Positions 55,638 through 63,841 of a stretch of 64,000 bases of DNA are shown here, piece after piece. The DNA is taken from assembly GCA_003141895.1 (NCBI GenBank), contig PLNT01000018.1:85647-149646 (forward strand). Reading direction: 5' to 3'. The notes below the pieces were generated by a model. It did no database searches, had not been told where the DNA came from, and saw only the letters and a program-made list of their open reading frames with translations. Position numbers and translations under genes: made by a program. Position 1 is the stretch's first letter. Each line of letters begins with the position of its first letter. This DNA is from Bacteroidales bacterium (lineage in GTDB: Bacteria > Bacteroidota > Bacteroidia > Bacteroidales > VadinHA17).

Positions 55638-56384
55638 TTATTTTATTCTCTTCTTAACCTTCTTCCAGGAACCAGTTATAAGGAAACTCTCATCCATATA
55701 ACTGATCATTTTTTCAAACTTGATCATCGGAACCGAAAAGGTAAGTACTCCTTCCTGAACACATGGTCGTGCTGAAACATCGAACAATCCAAGTACAGCT
55801 CTCGGCCGTTCGTTATCTTTTTCATTAAAAGGGAAATAGACTATTGATCCGCAACCTGCTGCAAATGGTGCAATAGTACTATCCGGCTCAGACTGATCAT
55901 AGTTTGCAAGAGTAAAGAGTCCGGAAAGAATATCAGGAGGTGCAAAGAAAATTGCAACATCAGGTGCATCATTTTCATTCAGTTTATCCCAACGCTTAAA
56001 CACTATATATTTTCCGGGAATGTTCATTTTCTTTTGCTTCTTCAGCAGATCCAGGACTAACTGTGGAGTTTGTATATACCTCTCTCCTTCCATCTTGTTT
56101 TCAATCCCGCATGAAAGGAAATACTCAAAATTCGGACGAATATTCTCGGCAAATCCCATGTAACGTTTTGCTCCACCGCATTTTACAGAATCGTTATTAA
56201 AAGCCAGCGATTGTCCGGATCTTACTTTTTGCAGCTCACAAATTATGCAACTGCGATTATCAGAAGGTATAAAGACCTTAGTATCCACTGGGTCGTCTGT
56301 ATAAAAGAATGTAATAGGAAGATCGGCATTGTTAAAGTACTTCTTCCATTGACTGATAAAGTGATTCCTAAGTTCGTTATTCAT
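55638..56384 (-). CDS. hypothetical protein (DUF169-like)
   Basis: 248 aa and soluble. Resemblance to DUF169 is from memory only (…CGGAKRYMGF…). Confidence 0.4.
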   Translation of the reverse strand: MNNELRNHFISQWKKYFNNADLPITFFYTDDPVDTKVFIPSDNRSCIICELQKVRSGQSLAFNNDSVKCGGAKRYMGFAENIRPNFEYFLSCGIENKMEGERYIQTPQLVLDLLKKQKKMNIPGKYIVFKRWDKLNENDAPDVAIFFAPPDILSGLFTLANYDQSEPDSTIAPFAAGCGSIVYFPFNEKDNERPRAVLGLFDVSARPCVQEGVLTFSVPMIKFEKMISYMDESFLITGSWKKVKKRIK

Positions 56385-56574
56385 AACCTTATTATTAATG
56401 CCTAATTTTAACTACAAAGCAAAGTATGTGGTGAACCCCCTCACGCTGCATATGGTCGTAATTCAGTTATTCAATTAATATTATGTAACTAACAATTTGA
56501 TTTTTTTAAGTGTTTACCACAAATAATTCTAATTTTACGCCCTTTAAAGATACTTACTACTTCTTGAAATTACT

Positions 56575-57477
56575 ATGGATTTTTTCAATCATCATCTTGG
56601 CGAATTTGCTGCCCTGCTTACAGCTTTATTCTGGACAATCACTTCACTCGCATTTGAATCAGCCAGCAATAAAATAGGATCTGTAGCAGTAAATATTCTC
56701 AGACTCATTTTTGGGTTTGTGTTCCTTAGTGTATTCACTCTTATACGAAGGGGCTTCGTCTTGCCTGTTGACGCAAGTGCAGAGAATTGGATATGGTTAT
56801 CACTATCGGGGCTGGTTGGATTTGTATTTGGCGATCTGTTTCTGTTCAAATCCTATACAATGATAGGTTCGAGGTTTTCAATGCTAATAATGACACTTGT
56901 TCCTCCTGTAACTGCATTTTTTAGTTTTTTAATTCTTGGTGAAAAGCTTACTTTGTTTCATTACCTCGGCATGACACTTACTTTCACCGGTATCGCAATG
57001 GCAATATTCAGTCGTCCTGGAAAAGGAGAGAAATTTTCATTAAAACTTGCGCCCAGAGGTATACTTTACGCATTCGGAGGAGCCGTTGGGCAGGCACTGG
57101 GACTTGTTCTAAGTAAATTCGGGATGAAGAATTACGATCCGTTTGCAGCAACACAAATAAGAATAATCGCAGGAATATTCGGATACACAATTCTGGTAAC
57201 ATTCTTAGCCCGCTGGGTAAGCGTAAAGAAAGCTACTCATAATAGATCCGGAATGTTGCTGACTAGTTTGGGCGCTTTTTTCGGCCCATTTCTAGGTGTA
57301 TCCTTTTCTCTTATAGCTATTAAATACACGGAAGCAGGAATAGCATCAACCATAATGGCTCTGGTTCCGGTATTTATATTAATTCCTGCCGTATTGTTAT
57401 TTAAGGAGAAGGTTACGCTTCCTGAAGTATTAGGAGCGATTGTCAGTGTTGCAGGTGTAGCTCTTTTCTTCGTGTAA
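56575..57477 (+). CDS. DMT-superfamily transporter (two EamA domains)
   Basis: 300 aa, 10 TM in two homologous halves. Confidence 0.85.
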   Translation: MDFFNHHLGEFAALLTALFWTITSLAFESASNKIGSVAVNILRLIFGFVFLSVFTLIRRGFVLPVDASAENWIWLSLSGLVGFVFGDLFLFKSYTMIGSRFSMLIMTLVPPVTAFFSFLILGEKLTLFHYLGMTLTFTGIAMAIFSRPGKGEKFSLKLAPRGILYAFGGAVGQALGLVLSKFGMKNYDPFAATQIRIIAGIFGYTILVTFLARWVSVKKATHNRSGMLLTSLGAFFGPFLGVSFSLIAIKYTEAGIASTIMALVPVFILIPAVLLFKEKVTLPEVLGAIVSVAGVALFFV

Positions 57478-57491
57478 TAAAACCTGTTATA

Positions 57492-57908
57492 ATGAACGCT
57501 GAAGAACTGAAAAACCGAAATTTTGAAAAGGAATTTGTTTTTTCGACTTCCAGAAGCAGTGGTCCAGGTGGTCAGAATGTGAATAAGGTCAGTACCAAAG
57601 TTGAATTGAGATTCAATCTTCATTTAACTTCAGTTTTTACGGATGACGAAAAGGAAACTATATTCAGAAAGTTAAAGAACAAGATCACCAAGGAAGGTGA
57701 ATTAGTTCTTGTCTCCCAATCCGAAAGGACACAGCTGATGAATAAGATCGTTGTGACCGAAAAATTTTATGATCTTATGTCAGGGGCGCTTACGGTACAA
57801 AAAAAACGACGATCTACCAGGCCGACTCTATCATCTAAGATCAAAAGGCTTGAAGGAAAACGAAACAGAGGTAACATCAAAAAACTCAGACGGGATACTG
57901 GCCTGTAA
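57492..57908 (+). CDS. arfB: alternative ribosome-rescue factor ArfB (peptidyl-tRNA hydrolase, GGQ domain)
   Basis: 138 aa. GPGGQNVNK motif and a basic C-terminal tail (KRRSTRPTLSSKIKRLEGKRNRGNIKKLRR). Confidence 0.85.
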   Translation: MNAEELKNRNFEKEFVFSTSRSSGPGGQNVNKVSTKVELRFNLHLTSVFTDDEKETIFRKLKNKITKEGELVLVSQSERTQLMNKIVVTEKFYDLMSGALTVQKKRRSTRPTLSSKIKRLEGKRNRGNIKKLRRDTGL

Positions 57909-58601
57909 AGCTTTACAGGCTATAAGGTTAGCTATTAAGGTATTTACAGCATCTATAGCCTTCCTGCTACATCTCTTTCAGCTCCCATTACACCCAGATG
58001 TAGAAATGGTCTGACAGTCAGGGATCGACAATAATGTTAATAATATTACCAATCCAGAGCACCTTCATTGCTACTGCAGCATTACCTGCACTTCTGAATA
58101 TGACATTAATAATAAAGTATAACTTCAGGCGTTATTAAATGTTTCTTATAAATTTTCATTAGGAAAATGAACAATATCAAAGAAATAGTGTTGTGACATA
58201 CAAATGAAAGTCATTTCAGAAATTTATTTATTACATGTTTGCTTAGAAATTTTAGCAGTTTGGATTTCATTATTCCGAAAAAGACTTTCTATACTAAACC
58301 CGTTGATGATATTTAACATGAATTGTAAAAATAAACACAAAAAATTACCAAATTTATTTTCGTATTATTTTTGTGGTTCAATTTATGTAATATATTGTTA
58401 ATCACCAATATATGACAGTAAATAATAAATCTAAAAAAATCGATTGTTAATAAAATGCCAATAGTGTTAATATTTCTGATTGCTGAGTGATACAATGTAT
58501 TTATAGATTATATATTTTCGTGACTAATATTTTTACTAAATAGTATTAATTTAAAACAAACAAACTTAAAAAGAAAAGGTGAAAAATCTTCATCATCCGT
58601 T

Positions 58602-59843
58602 ATGAACGCTAACAATAATGAGGCTACGACACTCCACGGAGAGAGTCGCCTCGTGGGTTGCTCTTCTGATGAAGAGCCTGGCGCGAAAACCATAATTTTT
58701 TCGCAAAACGAAATCCCAATTCCGTTAGTTAGCAATAGAAGTTCGGACTTTATGTGCCGCTTCTTCCCCCTAACGACTATCGATTCCTGGAATGATTGGA
58801 AATGGCAGCTTCGCAATGCTCTCACCAGCATCGAAGATCTAAAGAAAATCATGAAATTATCCGAAAAGGAGATTCTGGCTATTAATAATCTAAAAGGTCG
58901 CTTACCTCTCAGGATCACTCCCTATTTTGCTTCTTTGATTTACAACAGCAAACCGTCGAATCCTTTGCGTCGAAACGTAGTGCCTGTTGTTGAAGAATTA
59001 CTTGAAACAAGTAGCGAGCAATCTGACCCACTGCATGAAAAATCTTTCTCACCAGTAAAAGGAATTGTACATAGATACCCTGACAGGGTTCTGTTTACAG
59101 TTACACAGGTATGCTCAAATTATTGCAGATATTGCACGCGTTCACATTCTGTAGGAAGACTCGATAAGCTTGGAAGACAGGATTTTGAAAAAGCATTTAA
59201 TTATATTGCAACTCATACGGAAGTACGTGATGTACTTATAAGCGGTGGTGATCCTCTCACATTAAATGATGAGACACTCGATTATATTCTTTCTAATATC
59301 AGAAGAATTGAGCATGTTGAGATAATAAGAATAGGAACAAGGGTTCCTGTAGTTCTTCCTCAGAGAATAACAGACAATCTGATAAATATTCTGAGGAAAT
59401 ATCATCCGCTTTTTATAAGTCTGCATTTTTCGCATCCTGATGAGATAACGGATGAATGTGCAAAAGCATGCAACAAACTAGCCGACGGAGGATTTCCTCT
59501 CGGAAGTCAGACAGTTCTTCTGAAAGGTATCAATGATAATGTACCTACAATGAAGCTACTTATGCATAAATTGCTAAAGATCAGAGTAAGACCATATTAT
59601 CTATATCAGTGTGATCTGATCCCCGGATCAGGTCATTTCAGAACAACTGTCAAAAAAGGTCTTGAAATAATAAAAGGATTAAGAGGCTTTACCAGTGGTT
59701 ATGCTGTACCAACATTTGTAGTTGACGCTCCAGGCGGCGGCGGAAAAATCCCTTTGCTCCCTGATTATGTAGTGGAACATACTGACGAACATATAGTATT
59801 GCGTAATTACAAAGGGGTATTGTGCGAATACCCGGAAAAATAG
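58602..59843 (+). CDS. kamA: lysine 2,3-aminomutase (KamA-family radical SAM/PLP enzyme), short form
   Basis: CSNYCRYC cluster motif and WNDWKWQLRN N-terminal signature. YQCD and VVDAPGGGGK align with Asp293, Asp330 and Lys337 of Clostridium LAM. The first 50 or so codons may be non-coding (alternative ATG at 58752). Confidence 0.85.
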   Translation: MNANNNEATTLHGESRLVGCSSDEEPGAKTIIFSQNEIPIPLVSNRSSDFMCRFFPLTTIDSWNDWKWQLRNALTSIEDLKKIMKLSEKEILAINNLKGRLPLRITPYFASLIYNSKPSNPLRRNVVPVVEELLETSSEQSDPLHEKSFSPVKGIVHRYPDRVLFTVTQVCSNYCRYCTRSHSVGRLDKLGRQDFEKAFNYIATHTEVRDVLISGGDPLTLNDETLDYILSNIRRIEHVEIIRIGTRVPVVLPQRITDNLINILRKYHPLFISLHFSHPDEITDECAKACNKLADGGFPLGSQTVLLKGINDNVPTMKLLMHKLLKIRVRPYYLYQCDLIPGSGHFRTTVKKGLEIIKGLRGFTSGYAVPTFVVDAPGGGGKIPLLPDYVVEHTDEHIVLRNYKGVLCEYPEK

Positions 59844-59850
59844 GATTAAA

Positions 59851-60819
59851 ATGAAAGTTGGTTTGACTTATGATCTTCGGTCATGGTATACTGACCGCGG
59901 ATATTCTATGGATGAAACTGCCGAATTTGATAAGCAGGAAACCATAGATGCTCTGGAGAAATCACTGAATCTGATGGGTTATGAAACTGAACCTGTTGGA
60001 AATACCTTTCAACTGATCGAAGCCCTTGCTTCAGGGAAAAGATGGGATCTCATCTTTAATATTGCGGAAGGTTTATATGGTGACGGAAGGGAATCAGTTG
60101 TACCCGCCATTCTCGACCAGTATAAGATACCATACGTATTCAGTGGTCCTGTAATAATGGGATTGTCACTTAATAAACATCTGGCTAAACTTGTAGTTGC
60201 AGCCTCCGGAGTTCCGGTCAGTCCGGGTAAACTTATAACTAAACTTCAGGACCTGAATGATTGCAATCTAAATTATCCGTTGTTCGTAAAGCCAGTTTCG
60301 GAGGGAACGGGCAAAGGAATCACCGAAAAAAGTTTAGTTAATTCCGTCGCCGACCTGAGGAAAATGGTTGAATGGATTCTTTCTGAATTCCATCAGCCTG
60401 CACTGGTTGAAGAATATCTTCCCGGTAGGGAGTTTACCGTCGGTATAGTTGGCTATGGACAGGATGCTGTTGCTATTGGTGGTATGGAAGTAATTTGTGC
60501 TAATAATCTGCCTTATTCAGTAGAAGTAAAGGAAAATTATCAGAATTACTGTACCTACAAACCCCTTGGTGATGATATAGTTGACGAATGTAGGTCAGTA
60601 GCCCTGGGAGCGTGGACAGCATTGGATGCGGTGGATGCCGGAAGAGTTGATCTGAAAGCCAACCGTAATGGCAAAATATGTTTTATTGAAGCAAATCCCC
60701 TTGCAGGGTTAAATCCTATACATTCAGATCTTCCAATTCTATCCAGAATGTCCGGTATTGAATACCAGACCCTTATGGAGATGATAATGAAAGCAGCGAG
60801 AAAACGGAACGGACTTTAA
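59851..60819 (+). CDS. ATP-grasp ligase, D-alanine--D-alanine ligase-like
   Basis: 322 aa. Ddl-like N-domain, central ATP-grasp region (PLFVKPVSEGTGKGI) and C-terminal FIEANPLAG. Confidence 0.75.
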   Translation: MKVGLTYDLRSWYTDRGYSMDETAEFDKQETIDALEKSLNLMGYETEPVGNTFQLIEALASGKRWDLIFNIAEGLYGDGRESVVPAILDQYKIPYVFSGPVIMGLSLNKHLAKLVVAASGVPVSPGKLITKLQDLNDCNLNYPLFVKPVSEGTGKGITEKSLVNSVADLRKMVEWILSEFHQPALVEEYLPGREFTVGIVGYGQDAVAIGGMEVICANNLPYSVEVKENYQNYCTYKPLGDDIVDECRSVALGAWTALDAVDAGRVDLKANRNGKICFIEANPLAGLNPIHSDLPILSRMSGIEYQTLMEMIMKAARKRNGL

Positions 60820-60858
60820 TAATCCTTAAATCATATTAAGAAAAGAGTGGAGGGAATA

Positions 60859-61821
60859 ATGAGGAGGTGTTGTATTATTTATAATGAACCTGGGAAAGAT
60901 GCGTTGGCTGATGAGCTGGATGTTCTCGATCAGGTAGCTCATATTGAAAAATATCTGAAAGATCTTGGTATATCGGTCTATAGAAAAGGCATAACCGAGA
61001 AGTTTATGTCGGAGATTGCATCACTGTCCGCCGAAAAACCTGATTTTGTTTTTAACCTGGTTGAATCAATTAATAATAAAGGTGAGCTTAACTATTTTGT
61101 TCCGGCCCTTTTGAATTTACATTCAATTCCTTATTCAGGTAATCCGCTGGAAGCAATTTTTCTGACAAGCAATAAGACGATCTGCAGCAAAATGATGAAG
61201 AATGCAGGGATTAATAATCCTTCATCCTATCTCCCTTCACAATGTGACCGGCTGATTCCTGGCAGAAAATATATTGTTAAGCCTATATGGGAGGACGGAT
61301 CCCTCGGGATTACCAGTGAATCGGTTTTTGAATGGAACCCTGCTTCAGAAGTAAAAATCAAAGGACTTGATGATTCACACTGGTTCATTGAAGATTTTAT
61401 TGACGGAAGAGAATTTAATATCAGCGTTTTAGCAGGCAAGGATGGCCCGCAGGTGTTGCCACCGGCAGAAATAGTATTTGTAAACTACGCCGATGATAAA
61501 CCAAAAATTATCGATTTCAAAGCCAAATGGGAAATGGACAGTTTTGAATATATCAATACTGTCCGTCAATTTCCCGGAAATAATCTCAATCCTATTCTTT
61601 TAGCAAACCTGAAAAAAGCAGCACTTTCATGCTGGCATCTACTTGGTTTGAGAGGTTATGCAAGAGTAGATGTAAGAACCGACAGCTCTGACAATGTATT
61701 CGTGATTGAAATAAATGGCAATCCATGTATTTCACCCGATGGAGGTTTTGTTGCTGCCACAAAAGAAGCTGGTTATCATTTTACTGAGGTCTTGCAGCAC
61801 ATTATTGATGATTTAAATTAG
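60859..61821 (+). CDS. ATP-grasp ligase, Ddl-like (second, divergent paralog)
   Basis: About 320 aa. KYIVKPIWEDGSLGI and VIEINGNPCIS are ATP-grasp elements. A GTG at 60847 is an alternative start. Confidence 0.7.
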   Translation: MRRCCIIYNEPGKDALADELDVLDQVAHIEKYLKDLGISVYRKGITEKFMSEIASLSAEKPDFVFNLVESINNKGELNYFVPALLNLHSIPYSGNPLEAIFLTSNKTICSKMMKNAGINNPSSYLPSQCDRLIPGRKYIVKPIWEDGSLGITSESVFEWNPASEVKIKGLDDSHWFIEDFIDGREFNISVLAGKDGPQVLPPAEIVFVNYADDKPKIIDFKAKWEMDSFEYINTVRQFPGNNLNPILLANLKKAALSCWHLLGLRGYARVDVRTDSSDNVFVIEINGNPCISPDGGFVAATKEAGYHFTEVLQHIIDDLN

Positions 61822-61860
61822 AAATATCTTTTTCATTTGCCTTAGTAAATCCTAAACTAA

Positions 61861-62229
61861 ATGAAAGGATTATATACAGTTTTATTGCTGGTAATGTCTA
61901 ATACATTCATGACGATTGCCTGGTATGGTCATCTTAAATTAAGGACGATGAGCAGGTTTGAAAGTCTAAGCCTGTTTGCCGTAATATTATTGAGCTGGGG
62001 GATCGCCTTTTTTGAGTACTCTTTACAGGTACCAGCCAACAGAATTGGATTCAAGGCAAACGGAGGTCCATTTTCCCTTATAGAATTAAAGGTAATTCAG
62101 GAGGTTATATCAATAATGGTTTTTACCGGATTTACACTACTTGTTTTTAAAAATGAACATTTCCGCCTTAATCATCTGATTGGATTCGCGTTTTTAATTC
62201 TTGCAGTTTATTTTGTTTTCAAAAAGTAG
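61861..62229 (+). CDS. small DMT-like membrane protein (DUF486-like)
   Basis: 122 aa with 4 TM. The N-terminus LLVMSNTFMTIAWYGHLK resembles DUF486. Family assignment is from memory. Confidence 0.55.
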   Translation: MKGLYTVLLLVMSNTFMTIAWYGHLKLRTMSRFESLSLFAVILLSWGIAFFEYSLQVPANRIGFKANGGPFSLIELKVIQEVISIMVFTGFTLLVFKNEHFRLNHLIGFAFLILAVYFVFKK

Positions 62230-62230
62230 C

Positions 62231-62680
62231 TTATTTTATAAGGTTCGCATTATAATACTGAGGCTGTCCGGTTACTTCCTCTCCCAACCAGTCTGGCTTA
62301 AAATATTCTTCGTCATCTGAAGCGAGTTCTATTTCCGCAATTACCAGACCTTCATTCTTCTCATGGAAAACATCTACCTCAATTTTATGTTTGCCTGATG
62401 GTATAATGTATCGTGTTTTAAAAATTCTCCCGGGAATGCAAATCTTCATCATTTCTTCTGCATCTTTTAACGGTATCTGAAACTCCCATTCATTTCTGGA
62501 TATGGTATTTGCCCTGGCCCTGGTTTTTATCGTAAGGAATGCTTTGTCATCAGCAATCCGTATCCTCATAGTTTTCTCTCGGTCAAGCAAAAGATAAGCC
62601 TGGATTATTTTTATCTCTCTGACTGCCAGATGTCTGAATTCGCCTTTCACAATAAATTTACGTTCTGTTTCTGTTGCCAT
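62231..62680 (-). CDS. CYTH-domain protein (triphosphate tunnel metalloenzyme)
   Basis: N-terminal ExExK motif (TETERKF). 149 aa. Confidence 0.8.
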   Translation of the reverse strand: MATETERKFIVKGEFRHLAVREIKIIQAYLLLDREKTMRIRIADDKAFLTIKTRARANTISRNEWEFQIPLKDAEEMMKICIPGRIFKTRYIIPSGKHKIEVDVFHEKNEGLVIAEIELASDDEEYFKPDWLGEEVTGQPQYYNANLIK

Positions 62681-62738
62681 TTTTGCTGTAAAGTTAAAGT
62701 TTTTTCTTTTTTTTAAAGCAAAGTACGCAAAGAAGGCG

Positions 62739-62777
62739 ACCCCCTGCCGCTTCGTGGCTGTCCCCCTAAAAGGGGAC
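62739..62777 (+). repeat. family-2 GC-rich hairpin element
   Basis: ACCCCCTGCCGCTTCGTGGCTGTCCCCCTAAAAGGGGAC. Differs from the reverse complement of 51151-51190 by 4 substitutions and 1 indel (hand alignment). Lies in a divergent promoter region. Confidence 0.7.
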
Positions 62778-62825
62778 TAATACTGTTCCTTTTTGAAAAT
62801 TCATATAAGTAGCAGTAGTTCAAAG

Positions 62826-62849
62826 CCCCCCTTTATGGGAGTTGGGGGG
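62826..62849. repeat. family-1 hairpin element, degenerate inverted copy
   Basis: CCCCCCTTTATGGGAGTTGGGGGG. Compare the reverse complement of 4804-4827, CCCCCCTTTAGGGGGGTTGGGGGG. Confidence 0.6.
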
Positions 62850-62927
62850 TGCAACCTTTTCGGTTAATGAATTTCAATAAATTCCTTACTTTTATCTTTT
62901 TGCCTTTAACTTATATCTTTTAAAATC

Positions 62928-63593
62928 ATGGAAGTCAAAATTGAACCGACCTGGAAATCTAAACTTCAGGGAGAATTTGAAAAAGAATACTTTCTTAAAC
63001 TTGCTGAATTTGTAAAAGAAGAGTACAGGAAAAATACAATTTATCCTCCCGGCAGCCTGATTTTCAATGCATTCAATCTTTGTCCGTTCGATAGAGTTAA
63101 AGCCGTCATTATTGGTCAGGATCCATACCATGGTCCGGGGCAGGCACATGGATTATGCTTTTCTGTAAGAGAAGGTGTTGATTTTCCCCCAAGCCTGATT
63201 AACATTTTTAAAGAAATAGGATCAGATACGGGTATTCAAAGACCAATAAGCGGTAACCTTGAAAGATGGGCAGACCAGGGTGTATTGCTCCTTAATGCAA
63301 CGCTTACAGTACGCGCACATCAGGCTGGTTCTCATCAGAAAAAAGGATGGGAACAATTTACGGACAATGCGATAAATATTTTAAATGAAGGAAAACGAAA
63401 TATAGTCTTTTTCCTTTGGGGTGCCTATGCACAGAAAAAAGGTGAAACAATCGACAGGTCAAAACATCTGGTGTTAGAATCTGTTCACCCCTCTCCTCTT
63501 TCAGCTTCAAGGGGGTTTTTCGGGAACAATCATTTCAGTAAATGTAATGCCTATCTGAAAGAGCATGGAATAGAACCGATAAATTGGGAATAA
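62928..63593 (+). CDS. ung: uracil-DNA glycosylase, family 1
   Basis: GQDPYHGPGQAHGLCFSV and HPSPLS motifs. Confidence 0.9.
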   Translation: MEVKIEPTWKSKLQGEFEKEYFLKLAEFVKEEYRKNTIYPPGSLIFNAFNLCPFDRVKAVIIGQDPYHGPGQAHGLCFSVREGVDFPPSLINIFKEIGSDTGIQRPISGNLERWADQGVLLLNATLTVRAHQAGSHQKKGWEQFTDNAINILNEGKRNIVFFLWGAYAQKKGETIDRSKHLVLESVHPSPLSASRGFFGNNHFSKCNAYLKEHGIEPINWE

Positions 63594-63712
63594 AATGAAA
63601 TTTCTTAAATCCTTAATTCGGATCAAAAGGACAATTGCAAAAGTACAGACTGAGCATTTGGAGATCCCTCGCTATCGCTTCGGGATGACAAGTCAAAATT
63701 ATTGAGGTTATA

Positions 63713-63756
63713 GGGGAAAGCAATTGGCGATTTGGAAAATCGCCAATTGCTTCCCC
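63713..63756. repeat. long hairpin (stem of about 19 bp with one bulge) in a convergent spacer
   Basis: GGGGAAAGCAATTGGCGATTT-gga-AAATCGCCAATTGCTTCCCC. Confidence 0.7.
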
Positions 63757-63841
63757 CTAATGCCACCCTCAGTGCTGTCATTCCGAATGGATCCGCCGAA
63801 GGCGGAGAAATGAGGAATCTCCCACTCTCTAGAATGAATTT

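Noticed and set aside
58560-58751. Lysine riboswitch (L-box) upstream of kamA.
   Set aside because: I could not match the conserved L-box helices or core sequences by eye, and I see only one short hairpin. It is reported as a possible structured leader that needs a covariance-model scan.
58204-58918. ORFs 58204..58401 (+), 58313..58495 (-) and 58508..58918 (-) in and next to the AT-rich gap upstream of kamA.
   Set aside because: The first two are low-complexity translations of AT-rich DNA (runs of I, L, F, N, K) with mutually overlapping frames. The third is antisense to the kamA 5' region and has no recognisable motif.
41428-62680. A functional link between the two triphosphate-tunnel proteins in the window (VTC-domain at 41428..42204 and CYTH at 62231..62680).
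   Set aside because: They are 20 kb apart in unrelated contexts. They share only the superfamily fold, and nothing in the sequence connects them.
366-63149. Many short antisense or out-of-frame ORFs nested in long genes. Examples: 366..821, 1540..1785, 3189..3543, 14431..14736, 30155..30889, 36807..37256, 57237..57623 and 62892..63149.
   Set aside because: Each lies entirely within, or overlaps the start of, a longer ORF with clear family motifs. Their products lack motifs and look like shadow frames.
63595-63705. 36-aa ORF (MKFLKSLIRIKRTIAKVQTEHLEIPRYRFGMTSQNY) directly after ung.
   Set aside because: It runs into the hairpin repeats, has no motif and is too short to support without conservation data.
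4804-63806. Possibility that the recurring GC-rich repeats form a CRISPR array.
   Set aside because: The copies are kilobases apart, occur in both orientations and belong to several families. They are not arranged as regular repeat-spacer units, and no cas genes are present.
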